64,000 bases of DNA, from contig CAVVEH010000003.1 in the NCBI GenBank assembly GCA_963747265.1, forward strand, positions 285,377 through 349,376, read 5' to 3'. This DNA comes from an uncultured beta proteobacterium (GTDB lineage Bacteria > Pseudomonadota > Gammaproteobacteria > Burkholderiales > Casimicrobiaceae). The notes beneath the pieces were generated by a model. It saw only the letters and a list, made by a program, of their open reading frames with translations, was not told where the DNA came from and ran no database searches. This document shows, in pieces, positions 47,177 through 57,499 of this stretch (position 1 is its first letter; every line of letters starts with the position of its first letter). Position numbers and translations under genes: made by a program.

Positions 47177-47995
47177 ATGGAAATCGGAATCGTCGGTCTC
47201 GCCCGCAAAGGCGGCGACATCGCGCGGCGCCTGGCGCGCGCCGGCGTGCGGGTGACGGGATTCGATGCCGACGAGAATGCCGTCGCGGCGCTGGTGCAGG
47301 AGCGCGTGCTGAACGCGGCGCCGACGGCGATGGCGGTGGTGCATGCGCTTCCCGCCCCGCGTGTCGTCTGGCTGATGGTGCCCGCAGGCTCGATCACGGA
47401 GTTGACCATCGAAGAGCTGTGGCCCGAGATGGCGCCCGGCGACGTCATCGTCGACGGCGGCAGTGCCCATTACAAGGATTCGCAGCGACGCGCCGCGGCG
47501 CTCGCGGCGGCCGGCATCCATTTCGTCGATTGCGGCATCGCGGGCGGCGACAATGCACTGGACGATGGCTACGCGACGATGTTCGGCGGCGACACGCAAG
47601 GCGCGCACGCACTGCTGCCCTTTGCGAAGATACTTGCCCCCGTACCCGACCGCGGATTCCTGCACTGCGGGCCGCCCGGCGCCGGGCATTTCGTGAAGAT
47701 GGTCCACGACGGCATCGAGAGCGGAATGCGGCAGGCGGCTGCCGAAGGTTTTGCGCTGCTTGACGGCAAACGGGACTTCCACCTCGACGTTGCCGCGATC
47801 GCGCAGATGTGGCGCGATGTCGACGCGGCGCTGTCGCGAGCGCAAGACGCGGTGCTGCGAGCGCCAGGGCCCGCCGGCAGCGGCGATATGCGGTGGGTGG
47901 TCAACGAAGCGGTCGAGCAGGGCGTGCACGCGCCGGTGCTGGCGATGGCATTGATGGCGCGCTTAGGCGGCCCGGGTCGGCGGGGCGCCGCATGA
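47177..47995 (+). CDS. Short-form 6-phosphogluconate dehydrogenase homologue with altered active-site motifs
   Basis: WLMVPAG, IVDGG, GAGHFVKMVH.GIE; next to gluconokinase. Confidence 0.75.
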   Translation: MEIGIVGLARKGGDIARRLARAGVRVTGFDADENAVAALVQERVLNAAPTAMAVVHALPAPRVVWLMVPAGSITELTIEELWPEMAPGDVIVDGGSAHYKDSQRRAAALAAAGIHFVDCGIAGGDNALDDGYATMFGGDTQGAHALLPFAKILAPVPDRGFLHCGPPGAGHFVKMVHDGIESGMRQAAAEGFALLDGKRDFHLDVAAIAQMWRDVDAALSRAQDAVLRAPGPAGSGDMRWVVNEAVEQGVHAPVLAMALMARLGGPGRRGAA

Positions 47996-48492
47996 TCGTC
48001 CTCGTCATGGGCGTCAGCGGTTGCGGCAAGACCACGATCGGCGAGGCGTTGTCCGAAGCGCTGCAGTGGCCGTTCTTTGATGCGGACGACTTCCATCCGG
48101 AGGCCAACGTGGCCAAGATGGCCGCGGGGCAGCCGTTGACCGACGCCGACCGCTGGCCGTGGCTCGATCGCATCGCCGACAAGATGCGCGGCATCCTGGC
48201 GGAAGGCAATCACGCCGTTTTCGCCTGTTCGGCGCTGAAGGAGGCCTACCGGAAGCGGCTGCAACGCGCCGGCGACGTGCGCATCGTGTATCTCAAGGGC
48301 GATGCGGCGACGATCGGTCAGAGGCTCGCCGTCCGCGCCCACCGTTACATGCCGGCGTCTTTGCTGCCGTCGCAGTTCGCCGCGCTGGAAGAGCCGGAAG
48401 ACGCGTTGGTCGTGGATATCCGGGAACCGATTCCCGTGCAGGTCCGGCGCATTCGCGAAGCGCTTGGCCTGGGCGTACCGGAGAGGACATGA
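47992..48492 (+). CDS. gntK: Gluconokinase (GntK/IdnK)
   Basis: MGVSGCGKTT, DADDFHPEANVAKM, DRWPWL, CSALK, LLPSQF. Confidence 0.92.
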   Translation: MIVLVMGVSGCGKTTIGEALSEALQWPFFDADDFHPEANVAKMAAGQPLTDADRWPWLDRIADKMRGILAEGNHAVFACSALKEAYRKRLQRAGDVRIVYLKGDAATIGQRLAVRAHRYMPASLLPSQFAALEEPEDALVVDIREPIPVQVRRIREALGLGVPERT

Positions 48493-49668
48493 GCGACGAG
48501 CGACCCCGCGGCAAGGCCACACAGGTCGGACATCTGGGGCGCGCGCCGCGCAAATTCTTGGGCGCGGTCAATACGCCGGTCTTTCGCGCCAGCACGATGC
48601 TTTTCCCGACGGTCGCCGAACTCGAAGCATCGGTGCGCGGCGAGTACGCCGGGATCGGCTATGGCCTGCATGGCTTGCCGACGGTCACCGATCTGCAGGC
48701 CGCAATCGCGACGCTCGAAGGCGGGCACAGCGGCGCTGGCCGTCCCGTCGGGACTGACAGCGACGACACTGCCGCTGCTGGCGCTGACGCGGCCCGGCGA
48801 TCACGTGCTCGTGACCGATTCGGTGTACGGCCCCACGCGCCGCTTCTGCGAATTGCACCTGAAGCGCCTGGGCGTCGAAGTGAGCTACTACGACCCGCTG
48901 CTGGGCGCCGACATCGTGCGCGAGTTCCGTCCCAATACGAAGATCGTGTTCGTCGAATCGCCCGGTTCGCTGACGTTCGACGTGCAGGACGTGCCGGCCA
49001 TCGCCGAAGTCGCCCATGCGCGCGACGCGCTGGTCATCCTGGACAACTCATGGGCGACGCCGCTGTACTTCCGCGCGTTCGACCATGGCGTCGACGTGTC
49101 CGTGCATGCGGCGACCAAATACATCGGCGGCCATTCCGACGCCCTGCTGGGCCTCATCGTCGGCAGCGCCGCGACGTTTCCCGCGCTGCACCGGCTGTGG
49201 ACCGACATGGGCGTCACCGCGTCGAGCGACGATTGCTTCCTGGGGTTGCGTGGATTGCGCACGCTGGCGATCCGCCTCGCGCGCCACCAGGCGAGCGGCA
49301 TCCGCGTCGCCGAATGGCTGCGCGCGCGCCCGGAAGTGAAGGAGGTCATCCATCCGGCGTTGCCGGGCTCGCGCGGCCACGAACTGTGGAAGCGCGATTT
49401 CCAGGGCGCGACGTCGCTGTTCGCCATCGTGCTGCATCCGGTGGCGAAGGAGCGCATCGATGCGCTGCTCGACGGCATGCGCCTCTTCGGCATGGGCTGG
49501 AGTTGGGGCGGCTTCGAGAGCCTGGTGATTCCGATCTATCCGGAGCGCACGCGCACCGCGTCGCGGTGGGATGCGGGTGGGCCGATGCTGCGGCTTTACA
49601 TCGGCCTCGAAGATCCGGAGGACCTGATCGGCGATCTCGACGAAGGACTGGTGCGCCTCGCCGGCTAG
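48489..49668 (+). CDS. metC: Cystathionine beta-lyase (frameshift near 48725)
   Basis: VNTPVFRAST, ESPGS, DNSW, ATKYIGGHSD, SWGGFESL, RLYIGLED. Confidence 0.9.
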
Positions 49669-50411
49669 CCGGTGCCTAAGTAGACGGCCTGCACGCGCGG
49701 GTCGGCGCGAATCGCGTCGGGTGTGCCGTCGGCGATGATCCGGCCGCGGTCGAGAACGATCACGCGGTCGGCGAATCCGAACACGACGTCCATGTCGTGC
49801 TCGGTGAAGAGCACGGCGATGCCGTCGCGGTCGGCCAACTCCGACGCCAGGCGCATCAGCGAAGCGCGCGCACTCGGCGCCATGCCGGCGGTCGGTTCGT
49901 CCATCAGCAGCAACGTGGGCGCGCCCGCGAGCGCCAGCGCCAGTTCCACGCGCTTGGCATCGCCATAGGCGAGCGTCGCGCAATGCCTGCCGGCGAGGTC
50001 GAGGCAACCGACGCGGGTCAGCAAACCCTCCGCGGGCTCGGCCAGCTCGGATGTCGAGCCGGTCAGCATCTCACCCTGCCTCCCGGCATGCGCGAGCAGC
50101 GACAGCACGACGTTTTCGCGGACCGTCATCGACGCAAACGTCGCCGGCACCTGGAATGTGCGGCCGACGCCTCGCCGCGCGATGACGTGCGGCGGGAGGC
50201 CGTCGATTCGATCGTCGCTCAGCACGACGGCGCCCGCATCCGGGCGCAGCTGACCGTTGACCAGGTTGAAGCACGTCGTCTTGCCGGCGCCGTTGGGGCC
50301 GATCAACGCGACGCGTTCGCCGGCGGCGACGTGGAACGTGACGCCGTCGACGGCGCGAACGCCATCGAAGGATTTGGCGAGATCCGTGACCTGGAGGATG
50401 AGGGCAGTCAT
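49665..50411 (-). CDS. Branched-chain-type ABC ATPase (LivG-like)
   Basis: GPNGAGKTT, RTFQ, LMDEPTAG, EHDMDVV, VYLG. Confidence 0.88.
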   Translation of the reverse strand: MTALILQVTDLAKSFDGVRAVDGVTFHVAAGERVALIGPNGAGKTTCFNLVNGQLRPDAGAVVLSDDRIDGLPPHVIARRGVGRTFQVPATFASMTVRENVVLSLLAHAGRQGEMLTGSTSELAEPAEGLLTRVGCLDLAGRHCATLAYGDAKRVELALALAGAPTLLLMDEPTAGMAPSARASLMRLASELADRDGIAVLFTEHDMDVVFGFADRVIVLDRGRIIADGTPDAIRADPRVQAVYLGTG

Positions 50412-52305
50412 CGGCCGCGCCCCAGCCGCCGCAGCCATTGCGCGGCGCCCCCCAAGCCCGCCGGCAGCACGAGCACGATCGCGAGGATCAGGATTCCCAA
50501 GCAGCGCGCGCCAATATTCGGTGGTGCGGGCGAGCGAATCCGCGAGCCACGTGAACGCGGCGGCGCCGAGCAGCGGCCCGAACAGCGCGTTGAGTCCGCC
50601 GAGCAGCACCATCACGATGGCGTCGACGGACCGCGGGATTGCCAGCGACTCCGGCGAGATGCTGCCTTTCGAGAATGCGAACAGGCCGCCCGCGATGCCG
50701 GCAAACGCGCCGGCGAGCGCGAATGCCTGCCAGCGCATGCGCGCGACGTCGATGCCGAGCGCTGCGGCGCGCAGACGGCGAGTCGCGGACGCCGCGCAGT
50801 GCCAAGCCGAACGGCGAGTGCGCGATCCGCGTGAGCGCCATCGCGGCAGCGGCCACGATCGCCAGCGCAAAAAGATAGAAAGTGAGGCGCGTGCCGAGCC
50901 ACGGCGCGGGCCAGATGCCGAGAAGGCCGTTCGAGCCGCCGGTGACGCCTTCCCACTGGAACGCGATCGACCAGACGATTTGCGCCAACGCCAGCGTCAG
51001 CATCGCGAGATAGACGCCGGCCAGCCGTACGCAGAACCAGCCGAAGACGATGGCGGCCAGCCACGCCGCCACCGGCGCGACCGCGATCGCCGCGAGCATC
51101 GGCCAGCCCGCGCTCACCGCCAGTGCGGCGGCATACGCGCCGACGCCAAAATAGGCGGCGTGACCGAACGACGTCATCCCGCCCGTCGCCAGCAGGAATT
51201 GCAGACTGGCCGCGAACAGCGCGGCGATGACGATGTCGGTGGCGAGGACCGCCGTGTATTCGTCGCGGACGAAAGGCAGCGCGACCAGTGCAACGAGCAC
51301 GATCGCGGCGGCCAACGCCGCGCGCCGACCGGGTGCGACGACCAGCGCGCGTTGTTCGGGCAGCGGCGTCGTCGCCGGCATCGGCGGCATCGACCCGAGC
51401 AGGCCCTGCGGCCTCACGGCGAGCACGATCGCCATGACGACGAATTCGGCGACGAGCGTCAGGCGCGGAAACGCGATCGTGATGCCGAAGAGGTCGACGT
51501 CGCCCAGCGCGATGCAGAACGTCTTGGTTACGCCGATCAGGACCGCCGCGAGAAACGCGCCGGGAATCGATCCCAGTCCGCCGACGACCGTGACGACGAA
51601 GGCGTCGGCGATGATGGACAAGTCCATGCCGAGATTGGCAGGTTCGCGCGGCAGTTGCAGCGCGCCGGCCAGCCCGCGAGGAACGCGCCGAGCGCGAATA
51701 CGGCCGTATACAGCCGGGCCTGGTCGATGCCCAGCGCCGCCGTGAGCGCGCGATTCTCGGCGGCGGCGCGGATCAGCATGCCGAAGCGCGTGCGCGTGAC
51801 GAGCACGGTCAGCGCGACCAGGACGACGGGTCCGGCGACGATCAGGAAGAGGTCGTATTGCGGAATGGCGTGGCCGAAGACTTCGAAGGTGCCCGCGAGG
51901 CCCGGCGCGCGCGGACCGAGCAGGTCCTCGGCGCCCCAGAGCGCCAAGTGCCGCGTCGCGGACGATGAGGACGACGGCGAACGTGGCGGTCAGCTGCATC
52001 AGTTCGGGCGCGTCGTAGAGGCGCTTCAGGAGTATCGCTTCGAGCAGTGCACCGATCAGCGCGACGGCGAGCGCGGCCAGCAGCAGCCCAAGCCAGAACG
52101 ACAGCGGTCCGCGGCCCACGGCGCTCGCCAGCGCGTTGCCGAACGTGTACGCGCAATACGCACCCAGCATGTACAGCGAGCCGTGCGCGAAATTGACGAC
52201 GCGCGTGACGCCGAAGATCAGCGTCAGTCCGGCGGCGACGAGGAACAGCGCCGACGCGGAGGCCAGGCCGTTGAGGAGCTGGAGGAGGAAGGACGCGAGG
52301 GACAC
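50408..52305 (-). CDS. Fused LivH-LivM-type ABC permease, frameshifted
   Basis: GLTLIFGV..VNFAHG followed by SFGHAAYFG and TGGSNG motifs; the two modules are in one frame across the junction. Confidence 0.82.
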
Positions 52306-52318
52306 AGCGAAGGGCACG

Positions 52319-52401
52319 CCGGCGTCAGGGCTCCGAGCGCAGTGAGGAATCTGGCGGGATCGCGGCGGGAATGCCTCGTCGGACACTCCTCGGAACGCCG
52401 G
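52319..52401. repeat. Nested inverted repeat between SBP and permease genes
   Basis: CCGGCGT/ACGCCGG, TCCGAG/CTCGGA and GAGG/CCTC arms. Confidence 0.4.
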
Positions 52402-52423
52402 TTTACCGGACATTGCCGGTACT

Positions 52424-53621
52424 TCAGTCGGCCGGCCGCATCCGCCGCACGTCGTCGTCGCTGGGCAGGTAGTTCTTGCCGTCGGCGTACTGCCAGTCGA
52501 CCATGACGCCCTTGCCGTCCTTGACCGCGGTGCGGCCGACGAACGCGCCCATCGTCGACTGGTGATCGATGGCGCGGAACGTCACCTTGCCGAACGGCGA
52601 GCCGAAGCTCCAGGCCCTTCATGGCCGTGACGAGCTTTTCCGGGTCCGTCGACCCGGCCTTCTTGATGGCCGCGGCGGCCGCGATCACCGTGCTGTAGCC
52701 GACGACCGAGCCCAGCCGCGGATAGTCGTTGAACTTCGCCTGGTAGGCGTCGCGGAAGCGCTTGTGTTCCGGTGTGTCGATCGCGTACCACGGATAGCCG
52801 GTGACGTACCAGCCGACGGGAGCCTCGTCCTTCAGCGGATCCAGATACTCCGGTTCGCCGCCCAGCAGGTTGAACACCGGGCGGTTCTTGAACAGGCCGC
52901 GCAGCTCGCCCTCGCGCACGAATCGCGCCAGGTCTGCGCCGAACAGCGACGAAAAGATGGCGTCCGGCTGCGCGTCGAGCATCGCCTGCACGACGGGACC
53001 TGCGTCGATCTTGCCCAGCGGCACCGCGACCTCGACGAACTCGAGCCCGCCGCTTTGCAGGAACAGTTCATCTGTTTCTTGAACGCGGTGGTGGCCGATT
53101 GTCCGTACTCGTAGTTGGGATAGACGATCGCCCAGCGCTTCTTCTGCAGCTTCGCCGCCTCGGGCACGAGCATCGCGGTCTGCATGAACGTGGAGGCGCG
53201 CAGGCGGAACGTGTACTTGTTGCCGCCTTCCCAGACGATCTTGTCGGTCAACGGCTCGGCGGCCAGAAACGGAATCTTGCGCTGCTTGGCGAAGTCGGCG
53301 ACGGCCAGGCCGACGTTCGACGGAAACGTGCCGATCAGCATGACGACCTTTTCGCGCGACGTCAGCTCCTCGGCCACGCGCACGGCGTCGCCGGGCGTGC
53401 CGTTGTCGTCGCGCGACACGATCTCCAGCGGACGGCCGAGCACGCCGCCGCCGGCGTTGACCTCCGCCAGCGCCAGCTCCATGCCCTTCTTGTACGGCTC
53501 GAGGAACGCCGGGAAAGACCTTGTAGCTGTTGAGTTCGCCGAGCTTGACGGGCTGCGCCAGCGACGGCGCCGCTACCACGAGGGCCACGGCGGCAACGGC
53601 GAGACGGCGGAATACGGACAT
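52424..53621 (-). CDS. Branched-chain-type ABC substrate-binding protein, frameshifted
   Basis: Signal peptide, GELNSY, VNAGGGVLGR, YPNYEYG, VTGYPW. Confidence 0.85.
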
Positions 53622-53879
53622 GCGACTCTCCGAAGGATGGGGTGGGGTCCATCAACGCGGCGCGGACGGCGCGGGTTGACCGCACGATAGGCAGTTCAGC
53701 CGCCGGCTGGCAAGCAGTCCAGGCAGGTTGCCCAATCGGCCTAAGCATATGCCTGGACCACGCACCGGCGGGACCTCGGCGAAAGGTAAAATGGAAGGCT
53801 TTTGCGCGCGCAGGACACCCCAGGGCTCGCCAAGCGGCCGCTACGTGCGATCAAGCGGCCAGGATCCTCACGCCTTCCC

Positions 53880-56800
53880 ATGCTTAACACTCGCCCACGG
53901 CCTCACGTTCGCCGACCTGTATTCGGTCGCCGGCAATCGATCGCATCGACGCGGCTGTTCCTGCGCACCACTGCGCGACGCCGATGCTCGCTGCCGGCTC
54001 GACCGGCACGGCAGCGGTCGCGCCGACGCCGCGGCGCTCGAGGCCAAGGAGGAGTCGGCGCTGCTGATCGCCGTGGCGCCGCATCTCGAGGACTTTCTCG
54101 CGCAGCTCTTCGGCATCGCGCCGGAGGTCCAGGCGCTGGAAGCGCGGCATCACGAGCTGGCGCCGCTCTTCGCCGTCAAGCGGCAGTTCGTCCAGCGCAA
54201 GGCCGCCAATGCCTACAAGGCCGACGTCGCGGCGACATTCGACGGCACCGGCTTGCGAGGCGAACTCGAAGCGCTCGTCGGCGCGCCGGTCGTCGGCCAG
54301 CAGCGGCGAACTCGCGTTCGCCGATGGCCGTCACGCGCTGGCTGCAGGACGAGGCGGCGCAACGCCGACGGCGCTGGATGTCGGCCGCCCGCTATGCGGC
54401 GTGGGCGCTGCATACGCCCGCGGGCCGCGCCGCGCACAAGGGCGGCGTGCTGTTCCGCGCGCCGCGCAAGCTCGACTACCTGAAGCTGGTGCCGCTCGAG
54501 GCGGTGCCCTATGCCGGCGTGTCGGCGTGGCAGCTGCCGGCCGATCACGCGCTGCGCCGGCGCGAAGGGTTCGCGCTCACCGATCCCGGCACCGATCTCG
54601 TCGGCGGGCTCGACCAGGCGCACTACTGCATCTGGTGCCACGAGCAGGGCAAGGATTCCTGCGCGCGGGGCCTGCCCGAGAAGAAGCCGGTCGAAGGCGA
54701 GGTCCCGTTCAAGAAGTCGCCGTTCAACGTGACGCTGGCCGGCTGTCCGCTGGAGGAGCGCATCTCCGAGTTCCACAAGCTGCGCGCGGAAGGCTGGCCG
54801 CGTCGGGTGCGCTGGCGATGATGTGCATCGACAACCCGATGGTCGCGGCGACCGGGCCACCGGATCTGCAACGACTGCATGAAGTCGTGCATCTACCAGA
54901 AGCAGGACCCGGTCGACATTCCGCAGTCGGAAACGCGCGTGCTGAAGGACGTGCTGGCGCTGCCGTGGGGATTCGAGATCTATTCGCTGCTGACGCGCTG
55001 GAATCCGCTCAACCTGCGTCGCCCGCTGCCGCTCCCGCGCACGGGCAAGCGCGTGCTCGTCGTCGGCATGGGTCCCGGCAGGCTTCACGCTCGCGCATCA
55101 CCTCGTCAACGACGGGCACACGGTCGTCGCCATCGACGGTCTCAAGATCGAGCCGCTCGATCCCGACATTGTCGGGCATCACGATCGCCGGCGAGCGCGT
55201 GCCTTTCGTGCCGATCCGCGACGCCGCCACGCTGACGGATCCGCTCGACGACCGCGTCATGGCCGGGTTTGGCGGCGTCGCCGAATACGGCATCACCGTG
55301 CGCTGGGACAAGAATTTCCTCAAGATGATCCGGCTGCTGCTCGAGCGGCGCGACCGCTTCGCGCTGTACGGCGGCGTGCGTTTCGGCGGCACGCTGGACG
55401 ACGCCGGCGCGTTCGCGCTGGGATTCGACCACATCGCGCTCGCGACCGGCGCGGGCAAGCCGACGGTGCTCGACCTGCCGAACGGCCTTGCCAACGGCGT
55501 GCGCACCGCGTCGGACTTCCTGATGGCGCTGCAGTTGACCGGCGCGGCCAAGAAGGATTCGATCGCCAACATGCAGGTGCGCCTGCCGCGTGATCGTCGT
55601 CGGCGGCGGCCTGACGGCCATCGACACGGCGACGGAGTCGCTGGCCTACTACCCGGTGCAGGTCGAGAAATTCCTGGCGCGTTACGAAGCGCTGGTGGCC
55701 GAAAGCGGCGCGGCGGCGGTCGAGGCCGCGTGGACGCCGCGCGAGCGCACGATCGCGCAGGAATTCCTGGCGCATGCGCGCGCGCTGCGCGCGCGAACGC
55801 GTGGCGGCCGCAGCGCGAAGGCCGCGCGCCGCGCACTTGGCCGAGCTGCTTGCAGGGTTGGGGCGGAGTGACGATCGCCTATCGCCGCCGCCTGATCGAC
55901 AGCCCGTCGTACACGCTCAACCACGAGGAGATCGAAAAGGCGCTGGAGGAGGGCATCCGCTTTGCCGAAGGCCTGACGCCGCTGGCCATCGAAGTCGATG
56001 CCGACGGCGCGGCGACGGGCCTCAAGGTGTCGCTGCAGCACAACGACGGCGACGGCGTGTGGCACGAGACGACGCGCACCGTGCTGCCCGCGCGCACGAT
56101 CCTGATCGCGGCGGGCACGCAGCCCAACACGGTGCTGGCGCGCGAAGACGCCGCGCATTTCCATCTGGACGGCAAGTATTTCCGGCTGCTCGACGAAGAA
56201 GGGCAGCCCGCGAAAGTCATCCGCGGGCTGGCCAAGCCCGCGCATCCGGCGGTGCTGACGGATATCCTCCCGGACGGCCGCGCGACGAGCTTCTTCGGCG
56301 ACCTGCATCCGTCGTTCTCGGGCAACGTCGTCAAGGCGATGGCCAGCGCCAAGCAGGGCTATCCCATCGTGTCGCGCATGCTGGCGAAGGTCGCGCCGGC
56401 GTCGAAGGCAAGCGATGCCGATTTCTACGCGGCACTCGACCGGTCGCTGCGCGCCACCGTCGTGCGCGTCGAGCGCCTGACGCCGACGATCGTCGAAGTC
56501 GTCGTGCACGCGCCGGCGGCCGCGGAGCGCTTCCGGCCCGGGCAGTTCTACCGGCTGCAGAACTACGAGACGCTCGCGGCGCGGCGCGACGGCACGCGAC
56601 TGGTGATGGAAGGGCTGGCGCTGACCGGCGCGTGGGTGGATCGCGAGCGTGGGCTCGTGTCCACGATCGTGCTGGAGATGGGCGGCTCGTCCGACTTGTG
56701 CAGGCAGCTCAAGCCGGGCGAGCCCGTCGTGCTGATGGGACCCACCGGATCGCCTACGGAGATCGAGCCGGGCGAGACGGTCGTGCTGGCGGGTGGCGGT

Positions 56801-57404
56801 CTGGGCAACGCGGTGCTGTTCTCGATCGGCCAGGCGTTTCGCACTGCCGGGTCCGAAGGTGCTGTACTTCGCCGGCTACAAGAAGATGCAGGACCGCTAC
56901 AAGGTCGACGACATCGAGGCGGCGGCCGACGTCGTCGTCTGGTGCTGCGACGAGGCGCCCGGATTTGCGCCACGGCGCGCAGCGACCGCGCGTTCGTCGG
57001 CAACATCGTGCAGGCGATGCGGCGTATGCGGCGGGCGAACTCGGCGGCCAGGCGCTGGCGTTCAGCGCCTGCGACCGCATCATCGCCATCGGTTCGGACA
57101 AGATGATGGCGGCCGTCGCCGCCGCGCGCCACACCGTGCTGGCGCCGTACCTGAAGCCCGACCATCGGGCGATCGGCTCGATCAATTCGCCGATGCAGTG
57201 CATGATGAAGGAGATCTGCGCGCAGTGCCTGCAGCCGCAGCGCGATCCGGTGACCGGCAAGGTCACGCTACGTCTTCTCCTGCTTCAACCAGGACCAGCC
57301 GCTCGATCTCGTCGACTTTCCCGGCGCTCGACGTGCGGTTGCGGCAGAACGCGGTGCAGGAGAAGCTGACGGCACAGTGGATCCGGCGGGTCGCCGACCG
57401 CTGA
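53880..57404 (+). CDS. Large flavo-Fe-S oxidoreductase: GltD/NfnB-like domain fused to PyrK/NfnA-like domain; many frameshifts, start approximate
   Basis: CIWCH..C, GCPL, ICNDCMKSC; VVGMGP; GGVAEYGI; GGGLTAIDTA; FRPGQF; MGPTG; GGGLG; SPMQCMMKEICAQC..SCFNQ. Confidence 0.8.
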
Positions 57405-57499
57405 TTCGTCGCGCCGGGGGGGCCGTTGCGGGCGCCTGTCCTACAGTGCATCATCCGCGTCAAGCCGGGGGGCGCCCGGCCGCCGGAGTGTCCTGCGAC

